64,000 nt of DNA, taken from assembly GCA_035650835.1 (NCBI GenBank), contig DASRGX010000244.1:6154-70153 (forward strand), read 5' to 3'. Positions 47,374 to 58,507 of this stretch are shown here, one piece after another (the stretch's first letter is position 1; each line of letters opens with the position of its first letter). Source of the DNA: Rudaea sp. Lineage in GTDB: Bacteria > Pseudomonadota > Gammaproteobacteria > Xanthomonadales > Rhodanobacteraceae. A program made the position numbers and the translations under genes. Under the pieces are notes generated by a model that was not told where the DNA came from, did not search any database, and saw nothing but the letters and a program-made list of their open reading frames with translations.

Positions 47374-49971
47374 CTACGCTTTCGCGAACGCGAGGTGTCC
47401 GCCCCGCGCATCCACGGCGATCGCATCGCCTGGCTGGAACGCGCCGGCCAGGATCTCGCGCGCGAGCGGATTTTCCAGCTGCTGCTGGATCGCACGCTTG
47501 AGCGGCCGCGCGCCGTAGACCGGATCGAAGCCGACGTTGCCGAGCAGGTCCAGCGCCTTGTCGGTGAGCGTCAGCGTAAGCTGCCGCTCGGCCAGGCGCT
47601 TGGCGAGATACTCGGTCTGGATGCGCGCGATCTGGCGGATCTGCGCCTTCTCGAGCGGCCGGAACACGACGATCTCGTCGAGCCGGTTGATGAACTCGGG
47701 CCGGAAATGCGCCTGCACGACGCCCATCACGGCGGCTTTCATCTTCACGTAGTCCTCTTCCGAACCGGCCGCGCCGCTCTCGTCGACGGCCGCTTGGATG
47801 AGCTGCGAGCCCAGGTTCGACGTCATCACGATGACGGTGTTGCGGAAATCGACGGTGCGTCCCTGGCCGTCCGTCAGGCGGCCGTCGTCGAGCACCTGCA
47901 GCAGCACGTTGAATACGTCGTGGTGCGCTTTTTCCACTTCGTCCAAAAGTATAACACTATACGGACGGCGGCGGACGGCTTCGGTCAGATAGCCGCCCTC
48001 CTCGTAGCCGACGTAACCGGGAGGCGCGCCGATCAGGCGGCTCACGGAATGCTTCTCCATGAACTCGCTCATGTCGATGCGCACCATCGCCTCGGTCGAG
48101 TCGAACAGGAATTCGGCGAGCGCCTTGCAGAGCTCGGTCTTGCCGACGCCGGTCGGGCCGAGGAACAGGAACGAGCCGTTCGGGCGGTTCGGATCGGCGA
48201 GCCCCGCGCGCGAGCGGCGGATCGCGTCGGCGACCGCGCGCACGGCTTCGTCCTGGCCGACCACGCGCCGGTGCAGCGCGTCCTCCATGCGCAAGAGCTT
48301 CTCGCGCTCGCCTTCGAGCATCTTCGAGACGGGGATGCCGGTCCAGCGCGACACGACCTCGGCGATCTCCTCGGCGGTCACGCGCTGCTGCAGCAGCTTG
48401 AAGCCCTTGGCCTCGGTTTCCTGCGCGGCATGCAGCTGCTTTTCCAATTGTGGAATTCTCCCATATTGGATTTCGGCCACTTTGGCGAGGTCGCCATGGC
48501 GCTGCGCGGTTTCGATTTCGGCGCGCGCCTGCTCGATCTGCTCCTTGATCTTCGTCGTGCCCTGCACGGCGGCCTTCTCGGCTTTCCAGACTTCGTTCAA
48601 ATCCGAGAACTCGCGCTCGAGCTTGGCGATGTCGGCTTCGAGATCGGCCAGGCGCTGCTTCGACTCCTTGTCCTTCTCCTTCTTGAGCGCTTCGCGCTGG
48701 ATCTTGAGCTGGATCAGGCGCCGTTCGAGGCGGTCGAGCTCTTCGGGCTTCGAGTCGATCTCCATGCGGATGCGCGACGCCGCTTCGTCCATGAGGTCGA
48801 TGGCCTTGTCGGGCAGCTGGCGATCGGCGATGTAGCGATGCGACAGCGTGGCCGCTGCGACGATCGCCGGGTCCGTGATCTCGACGCCGTGATGCACGGC
48901 ATAGCGTTCCTTGAGGCCGCGCAGGATCGCGATCGTGTCCTCGACGCTCGGCTCGCCGACGAACACCTTCTGGAAACGCCGCTCAAGCGCGGCGTCTTTC
49001 TCGATGTATTTGCGGTACTCGTCGAGGGTGGTCGCGCCGATGCAGTGCAGCTCGCCGCGCGCGAGCGCGGGCTTCAGCATGTTGCCGGCGTCCATCGCGC
49101 CTTCGGCCTTGCCGGCGCCGACCATCGTGTGCAGCTCGTCGATGAACAGGATGATGTTGCCCTCTTCCTTGGCGAGATCCTTGAGCACGGCCTTGAGCCG
49201 CTCCTCGAATTCGCCGCGGAACTTGGCGCCGGCGATCAGCGCGCCCATGTCGAGCGAGAGCACGCGCTTGTCGCGCAAACCCTCCGGCACCTCGTGATTG
49301 ACGATGCGCTGGGCGAGTCCTTCGACGATCGCGGTCTTGCCGACGCCGGGCTCGCCGATCAGGACGGGGTTGTTCTTCGTGCGCCGCTGCAGCACCTGCA
49401 CGACGCGGCGGATCTCCTCGTCGCGGCCGATCACGGGGTCGAGCTTGGATTTCTCGGCGCGCGCGGTCAGGTCGATCGTATACTTTTCCAGCGCCTGGCG
49501 CTGGTCCTCGGCGTTCTCGCTGGCGACTTTCTCGCCTCCGCGCATCGTCGCGATCGCGGCCTCGATTTTTTGTTTGTTCGCGGCGGCCGCCTTGAGCGCC
49601 TGGCCGACGTCGCCCTTGTCCTCGAGCGCGGCGAGCAGGAAGAGCTCGGTCGCGATGAACGCGTCGCCGCGCTGTTGCGCGAGCTTGTCGGTGACATTCA
49701 GCAGGCGGTTCAGGTCGTTCGAGACGTTGATGTTGCCTTCCTGCCCCGCCACGCGCGGCAAGCGGTCGAGCGTTTCGCCGACGCGCTGGCGCAACACCGG
49801 AACGTTGACGCCCGCCTGCGCCAGGAGCGGCACGGTCGAGCCGCCCTGCTGGTCGAGCAGCGCGGCCATCAGATGCACGGGCTCGAGCATGTTGTTGTCG
49901 CGTCCGACCGCCAGGCTCTGCGCATCGGCGAGCGCCTGCTGGAAACGCGAAGTCAGTTTGTCCGTCCGCAT
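47374..49971 (-). CDS. clpB: ATP-dependent disaggregase ClpB
   Basis: ORF 47374..49971. It has two AAA+ modules (GEPGVGKTA and GPTGVGKTE) and a middle coiled coil. Confidence 0.98.
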   Translation of the reverse strand: MRTDKLTSRFQQALADAQSLAVGRDNNMLEPVHLMAALLDQQGGSTVPLLAQAGVNVPVLRQRVGETLDRLPRVAGQEGNINVSNDLNRLLNVTDKLAQQRGDAFIATELFLLAALEDKGDVGQALKAAAANKQKIEAAIATMRGGEKVASENAEDQRQALEKYTIDLTARAEKSKLDPVIGRDEEIRRVVQVLQRRTKNNPVLIGEPGVGKTAIVEGLAQRIVNHEVPEGLRDKRVLSLDMGALIAGAKFRGEFEERLKAVLKDLAKEEGNIILFIDELHTMVGAGKAEGAMDAGNMLKPALARGELHCIGATTLDEYRKYIEKDAALERRFQKVFVGEPSVEDTIAILRGLKERYAVHHGVEITDPAIVAAATLSHRYIADRQLPDKAIDLMDEAASRIRMEIDSKPEELDRLERRLIQLKIQREALKKEKDKESKQRLADLEADIAKLEREFSDLNEVWKAEKAAVQGTTKIKEQIEQARAEIETAQRHGDLAKVAEIQYGRIPQLEKQLHAAQETEAKGFKLLQQRVTAEEIAEVVSRWTGIPVSKMLEGEREKLLRMEDALHRRVVGQDEAVRAVADAIRRSRAGLADPNRPNGSFLFLGPTGVGKTELCKALAEFLFDSTEAMVRIDMSEFMEKHSVSRLIGAPPGYVGYEEGGYLTEAVRRRPYSVILLDEVEKAHHDVFNVLLQVLDDGRLTDGQGRTVDFRNTVIVMTSNLGSQLIQAAVDESGAAGSEEDYVKMKAAVMGVVQAHFRPEFINRLDEIVVFRPLEKAQIRQIARIQTEYLAKRLAERQLTLTLTDKALDLLGNVGFDPVYGARPLKRAIQQQLENPLAREILAGAFQPGDAIAVDARGGHLAFAKA

Positions 49972-50078
49972 ACGAAGTTCTCGAAAAGTGGGTGCGGCCG
50001 GACGTCACGGTAAGGCGCATCGTGCGCTGTGTTCTTGACCTCGCGCAATTCGCCGGCGCCGGCTGCTGGATGGCTTGG

Positions 50079-50106
50079 TTATGCGGTCGCGCATGGGCAT
50101 TTCAAG
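50079..50106 (-). promoter_or_regulatory. candidate sigma-32 (heat shock) promoter of clpB
   Basis: The minus-sense strand reads CTTGAAA (50106-50100), a 13-nt spacer, then CCGCATAA (50086-50079). The remembered consensus is CTTGAAA-N13-14-CCCCATNT. It lies about 108 nt upstream of the clpB ATG. Confidence 0.4.
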
Positions 50107-50160
50107 CAGCGGCGATGATGCGCGAAACCCGCGCGCGTGCTAGGTTTGCGGCTCCCGCGC

Positions 50161-51396
50161 ATGTCCGTCACGATGCACGCCGATCCGACCGCCGCCGCCG
50201 ACCGCGACCGCCACGCCGCACGCGAGCACGCGCGCGCCGGGCGTGCGCACGACGCCGAGGCCTGCTTCCGGCGCGTGCTGGCCGAGCGCGGCGACGACGT
50301 CGAGGCGCTGCGATTTATTGCCGCGCAGGCGGCCGGACGCGGCGAGGACGGCGAAGCGGTCGCACTCTTGAGCCGCGCCGCCAAGGCCGCGCCGGAAGAC
50401 GCTGGCGTGCTCGCCGAGCTCGGCATCGTTTACCGCTCGGCGGAACGATACGACGCCGCGCGCTACGTGCTCGAGCGCGCGGTCGCTCTCGATGCCGCAC
50501 GGAATCCGAGCATGCGCCTCGTGCTCGCGGACGTGCTCGAACGCGATGCGCGGCCCGAGCTCGCGCTGCTTCACTATTTCCGCGCGCTCGTCGACGCGCG
50601 CCGGCTGCGGCGCTGGACCGGCGAAGACGGCGCCGGCTACGAGATCGAACGTCTCGCCGCGCATGCCGAGCGCTATGCCGCGGCGGGGCGACGCGCGTGG
50701 TTCGAACGCGCATTGGCCGCGGAAGGCATGACGTGCAGCGAACGCGTGCGAGCGGCGCTCGCGATGTATCTCGGCGAACGCCCGGTCGCGCTCGCCGATC
50801 CGCGGCAACGATCGGTATTCCTGCCCGTGCCCGGACTCGCAGCGACGCCGTTTCTCGACCGCGGGCAATTCCCGTGGCTCGCGGCTGCATCCGCGACGCT
50901 CGCCACGCTCGGCGCCGAAGCCGCCGCCTGCCTGGCTGCCGTGCCGCGCCAGGCGGCGCTGCGGCTGGCGATCCAGCTGCACGGCATCGCGCAGTACGAA
51001 GCGCGCCGGCATGCGCCGCGCCTGGTCGCTGCGCTCGCGTCCCTGCCGCTGCCGCACATCGCCAATCACGCGCCGGAAGCCGAGCTTCTTGCGCTCGACA
51101 CCGGCGCGTCGTTGCCGGCGCAGTATGGCCGCGCGAACTGGCGCCCGCGAGCGATCGTCGCGCTTGCCGGGAGCGCGAGTTTCGACGTCGTCGCGGGCGG
51201 GGAGCAACGCACGCTCGTCGCCGGCGAAAGCGTCGTCGCCGATGCGAGCTTCGGCATCGCCTATCGGGCGAGCGGCGCGGCGCGCGCGCTCACGTTCGAG
51301 GTTTGGCATCCGGACCTCGCAGCGCACGAACGCCAAGCGCTGTCCGTGCTGGCGCTCGCGGCGGTAGACTTCGATACTCGCCTCTCGGAATTGTGA
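50161..51396 (+). CDS. TPR + aspartyl/asparaginyl beta-hydroxylase-like domain protein (apparently lacking both Fe-ligand His)
   Basis: ATG 50161 inside ORF 50137..51396, whose listed start is GTG. It has N-terminal TPRs. The C-terminal part LPAQYGRANWRPRAIVAL...VVADASFGIAYR...TFEVWHPDL aligns by eye to the ASPH core PHTGPTNCRLRMHLGL...FDDSFEHEVW...VDVWHPEL. Confidence 0.7.
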   Translation: MSVTMHADPTAAADRDRHAAREHARAGRAHDAEACFRRVLAERGDDVEALRFIAAQAAGRGEDGEAVALLSRAAKAAPEDAGVLAELGIVYRSAERYDAARYVLERAVALDAARNPSMRLVLADVLERDARPELALLHYFRALVDARRLRRWTGEDGAGYEIERLAAHAERYAAAGRRAWFERALAAEGMTCSERVRAALAMYLGERPVALADPRQRSVFLPVPGLAATPFLDRGQFPWLAAASATLATLGAEAAACLAAVPRQAALRLAIQLHGIAQYEARRHAPRLVAALASLPLPHIANHAPEAELLALDTGASLPAQYGRANWRPRAIVALAGSASFDVVAGGEQRTLVAGESVVADASFGIAYRASGAARALTFEVWHPDLAAHERQALSVLALAAVDFDTRLSEL

Positions 51397-51996
51397 ATGT
51401 CCGCCGTCCTGCCCGCTCCGACCGAGCTGCCCGCCGCACGCGATCTCTCGCGTTACGTGCGCTGGTTCGATCGCGCGCTCGAGCCCGATTTCTGCGCGCA
51501 GATGATCGAATCTTTCGAAAGGCTTGCGCGCTTCCATGCGCGCAACGGCCGCGGCGTCATGACCGAGCTCAAGGAAAGCGCCTGGACCGAGCTCAACGTC
51601 AGCAAGGTGGCCGATGCGGACATGCAGCAGTTCTTCCGTGCGCAGGTGTTCCGCTATCTCGAGCGTTACAACGGCGAACTCGGCCTCACCTTGCCGATTC
51701 CCGCGCGCGAGCGTCTCGAGAATCTGCGCATCAAGCGCTACTTCGCCGAAGGCAACGACCAGTTCCAGCCGCACTTCGATGCGATCGACTACACGAGCAA
51801 CCGCTACCTCGTGTTCCTGTGGTATCTGAACGACGTCGCCGACGGCGGCGAGACCGAATTCCCGGATCTGGGTTTGCGGGTCAGCGCGCGCGCCGGACGT
51901 CTGCTCGTGTTCCCGCCCTACTGGATGTTCCAGCACGCGGGACTGCCGCCGCGGTCGAACGACAAGTACATCATTTCGACGTATCTGCTGTTTTGA
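51397..51996 (+). CDS. 2OG-Fe(II) oxygenase (prolyl 4-hydroxylase-like)
   Basis: ORF 51397..51996. Its ATG directly follows the upstream TGA (TGAATG). It has the HxD motif (QPHFDA), the distal His (MFQHAG) and a basic residue (SNDKYI). Confidence 0.85.
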   Translation: MSAVLPAPTELPAARDLSRYVRWFDRALEPDFCAQMIESFERLARFHARNGRGVMTELKESAWTELNVSKVADADMQQFFRAQVFRYLERYNGELGLTLPIPARERLENLRIKRYFAEGNDQFQPHFDAIDYTSNRYLVFLWYLNDVADGGETEFPDLGLRVSARAGRLLVFPPYWMFQHAGLPPRSNDKYIISTYLLF

Positions 51997-52777
51997 GCGG
52001 CGCCTCCGTCCTGCCCGAGAGCCAGATCAAGCTCGCAAACCGGCCGCTGCGCGCACCGTCGCGACGGTAGGAATAGAACCTGGCATCGGCGAAGGTATCG
52101 AAGCCGCCTCCATGGATCGAAGCGATGCCGAGCGCGGCGAGACGCTGGCGCGCCAAAGTATACAAATCGCAGAACCAATGGCCGGCGCGCGTCGGCGAAA
52201 ACGCTGCGGCCGCTTCCTCGTTGGGTGCGAGGAACGCGGCGCGGACCTCGTCGCCGACTTCGTACGAGCGCGCGCCGATCGCCGGCCCGAGCCAAGCGAC
52301 GACGCCGGCAGGCGCCGTGCGCAGCCGCGCGACGCAGGCCTCGATCACGCCAGCCGCCAAGCCGCGCCAGCCCGCGTGCACGGCGGCGATTTCCGTGCCG
52401 TCTTTCGCGCAAAGCAGGATCGGCAGGCAATCGGCCGTCTGGATTGCGAGCACGACCCCGCACTGCGCGGCGACCGCGGCGTCGGCCTCGGGTTCCTCGT
52501 CCGCGTGCTGCGCATCGATGCGCACGACCGACGTTCCATGCACCTGGCGCAGCCATGCGGGCGCCGCCGGCAGCGCGAACGCGCGCACGAGCTGAGCGCG
52601 GTTCGCGCGCACGGTCTCGACATCGTCGCCCGTGCGCAGCCCGACGTTCATGGCCGCGTACGGCGGCTGCGAATTCCCGGGCAGGAGCCGCGTCGTGACG
52701 AGCGCGCGCACGGCCGCGGGCACCGGCCAGTCGGGTATCACGACCGCCGCAGATTCCCCTGCCGCTGCCGAGGTCAT
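51971..52777 (-). CDS. pgeF: peptidoglycan editing factor PgeF (YfiH/DUF152, laccase-domain protein)
   Basis: ATG 52777 (MTSAAAGES...) inside ORF 51971..53626, overlapping the rluD stop (ATGA). Motifs are [21 protein letters not shown] and FYSYRRDG. Confidence 0.9.
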   Translation of the reverse strand: MTSAAAGESAAVVIPDWPVPAAVRALVTTRLLPGNSQPPYAAMNVGLRTGDDVETVRANRAQLVRAFALPAAPAWLRQVHGTSVVRIDAQHADEEPEADAAVAAQCGVVLAIQTADCLPILLCAKDGTEIAAVHAGWRGLAAGVIEACVARLRTAPAGVVAWLGPAIGARSYEVGDEVRAAFLAPNEEAAAAFSPTRAGHWFCDLYTLARQRLAALGIASIHGGGFDTFADARFYSYRRDGARSGRFASLIWLSGRTEAPLKTADTSK

Positions 52778-53754
52778 TTTGCCGCCACGGTGTCGGCGCG
52801 CAGCGCAATGAGCAGCGCTTCGAGATCCGCGGGCCGCTCCGCGGTCACGCTGATCGTCTTGCCGCTCACCGGATGGGCGAACTCGAGTTTTTCGGCGTGC
52901 AGCGCCTGGCGCTTGAAGGCGCGCAGCGCATCCGCGAGCTCGGACGTCGCGCCCTTCGGCAGTTTGAGGCCGCCGCCGTACGCGCCGTCGCCGACGAGCG
53001 GATGCTTGACGTGCGCCATGTGCACGCGGATCTGGTGCGTGCGGCCGGTCTCGAGCCGGCATTCGATATGCGTGTGCGCGCGAAAACGCTCGCGCACGCG
53101 ATAGTGCGTCACTGCGGGCTTGCCGGCGGGCTCCTCGACGACGGCTTGGCGCAGGCGATCGCGCGGATGGCGGCCGATCGGCGCGTCGACGCGTCCGCCG
53201 GCGATCATTGCGCCGTAGACGACCGCCTCGTACTGGCGATGCACGTCGCGCGCCTGCAAGGCGTCGACGAGCGCCGCATGTGCGCGCAGCGAGCGCGCGA
53301 CGACCATCACGCCCGAGGTGTCCTTGTCGAGCCGATGAACGATGCCCGCGCGCGGCACGTTGGCGAGCGCGGGATCGTGATGGAGCAGCGCGTTCTGCAA
53401 GGTGCCCGCCGGTTGGCCCGCGCCCGGATGCACGACGAGGCCGGCGGGCTTGTTGACGACGAGCACGTCGGCGTCCTCGTAACGGATGTCGAGCGCGATC
53501 GACTCGGGCGCGAGCGGCACCTGTTCGGTCGGGGTCGCGGCGAGGGTCACGAGTTCCGTGCCGCGCACGGGTTGGCGCGGCTGCGCCGTCTGGCCGTCGA
53601 CGAGCACATCGCCGGACTTGATCCATGACGCTAGCCGCGAGCGCGAGAACTCGGGGAAGAGCTCAGCCAGCACTTGGTCGAGACGTCGGCCGGCGGCGGC
53701 GGTGGGCACGCGGGCGCTCAAAATCGCGGGTTCGGTATCCATGCTGAACGTCAT
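52774..53754 (-). CDS. rluD: 23S rRNA pseudouridine synthase RluD
   Basis: ORF 52774..53754. It has an S4 domain, the motif HRLDKDTSG, and RTHQIRVH. Confidence 0.95.
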   Translation of the reverse strand: MTFSMDTEPAILSARVPTAAAGRRLDQVLAELFPEFSRSRLASWIKSGDVLVDGQTAQPRQPVRGTELVTLAATPTEQVPLAPESIALDIRYEDADVLVVNKPAGLVVHPGAGQPAGTLQNALLHHDPALANVPRAGIVHRLDKDTSGVMVVARSLRAHAALVDALQARDVHRQYEAVVYGAMIAGGRVDAPIGRHPRDRLRQAVVEEPAGKPAVTHYRVRERFRAHTHIECRLETGRTHQIRVHMAHVKHPLVGDGAYGGGLKLPKGATSELADALRAFKRQALHAEKLEFAHPVSGKTISVTAERPADLEALLIALRADTVAAK

Positions 53755-53838
53755 CTGGCCGGTGAGCCCGGGCCGGTTTCCGGAAGGTGGCGGATTTCCG
53801 CTATTATCGCGGTTTGCGTCCTCGAAAGCGTGCTACCC

Positions 53839-54651
53839 ATGCGATTCCGTTCCCTCGTCAAGCTCGCGCTGCCGTTCGCGGCCGTCCTCGCCGCCGGTTG
53901 TCACCATGCCAAGAAACAGGACGACGCCGAAGTCCTGCCCGTCGAGCAGATGTACGCGGTGGGCCATCAAGCGCTCATCGACGGCAATCTCTCGAAGGCG
54001 ATCAAGTACGACCAGCGCCTCATCGCGCGTTTCCCATTCGGTCCCTACACCGAGCAGGCCACGCTCGAACTGGCCTACGCGCAGTACAAGAACGACAAGC
54101 CCGAAGACGCCTATTCGACGATCAACCGCTTCATCAAGACGTATCCGACGCAAAAACACGTCGACTACGCCTACTACCTGCGCGGCGTCATCAATTTCGA
54201 CCGCGACCGCGGCTTCCTCGACCGCTACGCGAACCAGGACATGACCAAGCGCGACCAGGGCAACACGCTGCAGTCGTTCGAGGATTTGAGCGAGCTCGCG
54301 ACGAAGTTCCCGGACAGCCGCTACACGCCCGACGCGCGCCAGCGCATGATCTACCTGCGCGACAACCTGGCCAAGGCACAGCTCAATGTCGCGGAGTTCT
54401 ACCTGGAACGCGGCGCCTACGTCGCCGCCTCGAACCGGGCCAAGGACATCGTGGAAAAGTATCAGCGCACGCCCGAAGCCGGCGATGCGCTCGCCGTCAT
54501 GGTGATGTCCTACAAGGCGCTCGGCGAAGACAAGCTCGCGGGAGACGCCGAACGCGTGCTCAAGCTCAACTATCCGGACCACCCGTATTTCAGCGGGCAC
54601 TGGCCGCCGCACGGCCACTGGTGGAACCGCATGATCCCGTTCCGCAGCTGA
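53839..54651 (+). CDS. bamD: outer membrane protein assembly factor BamD
   Basis: ATG 53839 (MRFRSLVKLALPFAAVLAAGC...) inside ORF 53674..54651. It has the lipobox LAAGC and is TPR-like. It is divergent from rluD, as is common. Confidence 0.92.
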   Translation: MRFRSLVKLALPFAAVLAAGCHHAKKQDDAEVLPVEQMYAVGHQALIDGNLSKAIKYDQRLIARFPFGPYTEQATLELAYAQYKNDKPEDAYSTINRFIKTYPTQKHVDYAYYLRGVINFDRDRGFLDRYANQDMTKRDQGNTLQSFEDLSELATKFPDSRYTPDARQRMIYLRDNLAKAQLNVAEFYLERGAYVAASNRAKDIVEKYQRTPEAGDALAVMVMSYKALGEDKLAGDAERVLKLNYPDHPYFSGHWPPHGHWWNRMIPFRS

Positions 54652-54665
54652 CGGAACGAGCCGGC

Positions 54666-56276
54666 TCAGCTCCAGCCGGAGCTGATCGGATAGCGGCGGT
54701 CGCGTCCGAACGCGCGTGTGGAAATCTTGGGGCCCGGTGCCGACTGGCGGCGTTTGTATTCGCTCGCAAGCACGAGGCGCGCGACGCGGCGCACGGTCGC
54801 CTCGTCGAAGCCCGCGCCGACGATCTCGGCCTGCGATTGCTCGCCCTCGATGAACCGTTCGAGGATCGCATCGAGCACCTCGTAAGGCGGCAGCGAATCC
54901 TGGTCGGTCTGGTTTTCGCGCAGTTCCGCCGACGGCGCGCGATCGATGACGCCCTGCGGGATGACCTCGCCCTGCCCCTGCGCATTGCGCCAACGGGCGA
55001 GCGCATAGACCAGCATCTTGTAGCAGTCTTTGAGCGGCGCGTAGCCGCCGCACATATCGCCGTAGATCGTCGCGTAGCCAACCGCGTATTCGCTCTTGTT
55101 GCCGGTCGACAGCACGAGGTGTCCGAATTTGTTCGAAAGCGCCATCAAGATCGCGCCGCGGCAGCGCGACTGCAGGTTCTCTTCGGTAAGATCGCGTGCA
55201 CGGCCGCTCCAGGTGGGCTCGAGCACGTCGAGGAATGCCGCGAACGGTCCCTCGATCGGCACGGTGAAATGGCGCACGCCGAGCTTCTGCGCCTGCGCGA
55301 GCGCCAGGCTGTTGGAGATATCGGCCGTGAATCGCGACGGCAGCGACACCGCGCGCACGCGCTCGGCGCCGAGCGCATCGACGGCAAGCGCCAGCGTCAG
55401 CGCGGAGTCGATGCCGCCGGACAGGCCGAGGACCACGGTGTCGAAACCGTTCTTGTTCACGTAGTCACGCACGCCGCGCACGAGCCCCGCGTAGACGCGT
55501 GCCTCGCGCGAAGCGTCGGCTTCGACGGGCCAGTTCTCGGCACGGAAGCGACGCGTGCCGCCGTCGTACTCGGCGACGAGCAGGGCGTCGACGAACGCCG
55601 GCGCGCGTGCGGCGATGCGCCCGTCGGGTTCGACGAGCAGCGAGCCGCCGTCGAACAGGAGATCATCCTGGCCGCCGACGAGGTTGAGATAGGCGATCGC
55701 GACGCCGTTTTCGCGCGCGCGTTGCGCCAGGAGCGCTTCGCGCGCCTGCGCTTTCGCGACGTCGAACGGCGAGGCATTGATGACGACTAGCAGCTCCGCA
55801 CCTTGCGCCGCGGCGCGCGCCGCGGGCTCGGGTTCCCAGATGTCCTCGCAGACGAGCCAGCCGATGCGTACCCCGGCGAAATCGCGCACTGCCGACTCGC
55901 TGCCCGGACGGAAATAGCGCTTCTCGTCGAACACCGTGTAGTTAGGCAGTGCCTGCTTGTGCGTCGTGAACGCGATCTCGCCGTCGGCGAGCAGGCTTGC
56001 CGCATTGTATACTTCGCCGAGCGCGTGCGGATGACCGACATAGGCCGCGATGCCGCGCGCTTCGGTGGCGAGTGCGGCGAGCTCGCGCTCGCAAGCGGCG
56101 AGAAAGCTCGGCCGCACGAGCAGGTCTTCGGGCGGATAGCCCGACAGCGTGAGCTCGGGAAACGCGACCAGATCCGCTTTCGTTTCGCGCGCCCGCGTCA
56201 TGAGCTCGCGCACGCGCGCCGCATTGCGCGCGACGGCGCCGACCGGGAAATCGTATTGGGCGAGGGCGAAGCGCAT
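54666..56276 (-). CDS. nadE: glutamine-dependent NAD+ synthetase
   Basis: ORF 54666..56276. It has an N-terminal CN-hydrolase domain and a C-terminal synthetase domain with LGLSGGIDS. Confidence 0.95.
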   Translation of the reverse strand: MRFALAQYDFPVGAVARNAARVRELMTRARETKADLVAFPELTLSGYPPEDLLVRPSFLAACERELAALATEARGIAAYVGHPHALGEVYNAASLLADGEIAFTTHKQALPNYTVFDEKRYFRPGSESAVRDFAGVRIGWLVCEDIWEPEPAARAAAQGAELLVVINASPFDVAKAQAREALLAQRARENGVAIAYLNLVGGQDDLLFDGGSLLVEPDGRIAARAPAFVDALLVAEYDGGTRRFRAENWPVEADASREARVYAGLVRGVRDYVNKNGFDTVVLGLSGGIDSALTLALAVDALGAERVRAVSLPSRFTADISNSLALAQAQKLGVRHFTVPIEGPFAAFLDVLEPTWSGRARDLTEENLQSRCRGAILMALSNKFGHLVLSTGNKSEYAVGYATIYGDMCGGYAPLKDCYKMLVYALARWRNAQGQGEVIPQGVIDRAPSAELRENQTDQDSLPPYEVLDAILERFIEGEQSQAEIVGAGFDEATVRRVARLVLASEYKRRQSAPGPKISTRAFGRDRRYPISSGWS

Positions 56277-56283
56277 TCAGTTA

Positions 56284-56307
56284 CCTTCCCCCGCGAGCGG
56301 GGGAAGG
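56284..56307 (-). promoter_or_regulatory. 10-bp stem-loop in the sucD-nadE spacer that contains the nadE Shine-Dalgarno
   Basis: The minus-sense strand reads CCTTCCCCCG-CTCG-CGGGGGAAGG-TAACTGA-ATG. The GGAAGG SD forms the 3' arm of the stem. Confidence 0.5.
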
Positions 56308-56316
56308 AAAACACAC

Positions 56317-57189
56317 TTACTTCAGTCGCTCGACGATCGCCGTGCCGAGATCCGCCGGCGATTTGACCGTCATGACGCCGGCCTTTTCGAGCGCGGCGAA
56401 CTTGGCGGCGGCCGTGCCTTTGCCGCCCGAGATGATCGCGCCGGCGTGACCCATGCGCTTGCCCGCGGGCGCGCTCGCACCGGCGATGAAGGCGACGACA
56501 GGTTTCGTCACGTACTCGCTGATGAACTCCGCGGCTTCCTCCTCGGCGCTGCCGCCGATTTCGCCGACCATGATGATGCCCTCGGTCTGTGCATCGTCCT
56601 GGAACAGCTTGAGGCAGTCGATGAAGTTCATGCCTTGGATCGGGTCGCCGCCGATGCCGATGCAGGTACTCTGACCGAGGCCCGCGTTCGTGGTCTGGAA
56701 CACGGCTTCGTACGTCAGCGTGCCCGAGCGCGAAACGATGCCGACCTTGCCGGGCTTGTGGATGTGCCCCGGCATGATGCCGATCTTGCACTCGCCCGGC
56801 GTGATGATGCCGGGGCAGTTCGGGCCGATCAGCACGGCGTCGGGATACTGCTTGAGCGCGTTCTTGACGCGCAGCATGTCGAGCACCGGAATGCCCTCGG
56901 TGATCGTCACGATGACGCGGATGCCCGCGTCGGCCGCCTCGAGGATCGCGTCGGCAGCGAACGGCGGCGGGACGAAGATCATCGTCGCGTCGGCGCCCGT
57001 GTCGTCGACGGCGTCCTGCACCGTGTTGAACACGGGCAGGCCGATGTGTTCGCCGCCGCCCTTGCCCGGCGTCACGCCGCCGACCAGCTTGGTGCCGTAA
57101 TCGAGCGCCTGCTCGGAGTGGAACGTGCCCTGCTGGCCCGTGAAGCCCTGGCAGATGACCTTGGTGTTCTTGTCGACTAGAACGCTCAT
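56317..57189 (-). CDS. sucD: succinate--CoA ligase subunit alpha
   Basis: ORF 56317..57189. Motifs are [11 protein letters not shown] and MGHAGAII. Confidence 0.98.
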   Translation of the reverse strand: MSVLVDKNTKVICQGFTGQQGTFHSEQALDYGTKLVGGVTPGKGGGEHIGLPVFNTVQDAVDDTGADATMIFVPPPFAADAILEAADAGIRVIVTITEGIPVLDMLRVKNALKQYPDAVLIGPNCPGIITPGECKIGIMPGHIHKPGKVGIVSRSGTLTYEAVFQTTNAGLGQSTCIGIGGDPIQGMNFIDCLKLFQDDAQTEGIIMVGEIGGSAEEEAAEFISEYVTKPVVAFIAGASAPAGKRMGHAGAIISGGKGTAAAKFAALEKAGVMTVKSPADLGTAIVERLK

Positions 57190-57211
57190 CGTTGTCCCTT
57201 CGTATACTTTT

Positions 57212-58375
57212 TCAGGCGCGCACCGCGGCGACGGTCTTGCGCGCGGCGTCGTTGAGATCGTCGGCGGGCGTGATCGCGAGTCCGGAATTGGCGAGCATCT
57301 CGCGCCCCTTCTCGACGTTGGTGCCCTGCAGGCGCACGACGACGGGGATGGTCAGCCCGACCTCCTTGACCGCGGCGATGATGCCCTCGGCGATCATGTC
57401 GCAGCGGACGATGCCGCCGAAGATGTTGATGAGGATCGCCTTGACCTTGTCCGAGGACAGGATCAGCTTGAACGCCTCGGTCACGCGCTCCTTGGTCGCG
57501 CCGCCGCCGACGTCGAGGAAGTTCGCCGGCTCGCCGCCCGCGAGCTTGATCACGTCCATCGTCGCCATGGCCAAGCCTGCGCCGTTGACCATGCAGCCGA
57601 TGTTGCCGTCCATCGTGACGTAGTTGAGGTTGTGCTTGACCGCCACCGCCTCGGCGTGGTCCTCCTGCGATTCGTCGCGCATCGCGGCGAGGTCGGGATG
57701 GCGGAAGTCGGCGTTGTCGTCGGAATTGACCTTGCCGTCGAGCGCGATGAGCTCGCCGGTCTTCGCGATCGCGAGCGGGTTGAGCTCGACGAGCGAAAGG
57801 TCCTTTTCGTTGAACAGGCGATACAGCCCGAGCATGATCTTCGTGAGCTGCGTCGCCTGCTTGGCGTTCAAGCCCATCGCGAACGCGAGCTTGCGGCACT
57901 GGTAGGGCTGCAGGCCCTGCACGAAGTTGACCTCGAGCGTGTGGATGGCGTCGGGTTCTTCGCGCGCCACCTGCTCGATGTCGACGCCGCCGCGCGCGGA
58001 GGCGATGAACGCGACCGTCTTCGAAGCGCGGTCCACAAGTACAGAAAGATACAATTCCTTGACGATGTCGGTCGCCTCGCAGACGAGGACGACGTTGACC
58101 GGCAGCGCGCGGCCGCCCGACTGGTAGGTCTGCATGCGCGTGCCGAGCATCTTCGCTGCGGCGGCCTTGGCGTCGTCGGGCGATTTCACGAGCTTGACGC
58201 CGCCCGCCTTGCCGCGGCCGCCCGCGTGGATTTGCGCCTTGACGACCCATTCGTCGCCGCCCAGAGCGCGCGCCGCTTCGGCGGCCTGGTCGGGCGTCGT
58301 GGCGATCCTGCCTGCGGGCACCGGAATGCCGTAGTCGGCGAACAACTGCTTGGCCTGGTATTCGTGGAAATTCAT
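57212..58375 (-). CDS. sucC: ADP-forming succinate--CoA ligase subunit beta
   Basis: ORF 57212..58375. It begins [10 protein letters not shown] and contains [10 protein letters not shown]. Confidence 0.98.
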   Translation of the reverse strand: MNFHEYQAKQLFADYGIPVPAGRIATTPDQAAEAARALGGDEWVVKAQIHAGGRGKAGGVKLVKSPDDAKAAAAKMLGTRMQTYQSGGRALPVNVVLVCEATDIVKELYLSVLVDRASKTVAFIASARGGVDIEQVAREEPDAIHTLEVNFVQGLQPYQCRKLAFAMGLNAKQATQLTKIMLGLYRLFNEKDLSLVELNPLAIAKTGELIALDGKVNSDDNADFRHPDLAAMRDESQEDHAEAVAVKHNLNYVTMDGNIGCMVNGAGLAMATMDVIKLAGGEPANFLDVGGGATKERVTEAFKLILSSDKVKAILINIFGGIVRCDMIAEGIIAAVKEVGLTIPVVVRLQGTNVEKGREMLANSGLAITPADDLNDAARKTVAAVRA

Positions 58376-58507
58376 GCATGCACCCGGATGGAATTCTGCG
58401 GAGCCGCCGGTGTCCGGCGAAAGCGCCGGCCAGGGGCCGCGCGCGAGCCGGTTATTGTGAAGAAAGGTCGTTGCAAATGAAAGTAGGCTCCGCGCCCGCT
58501 CGAGCCG

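Noticed and set aside
51971-51996. 26-nt convergent 3' overlap of the 2OG oxygenase and pgeF
   Set aside because: Canonical PgeF/YfiH proteins end near ...SLIWL, so the overlap comes from a short non-conserved C-terminal tail. It is probably trivial, though antisense interference cannot be excluded.
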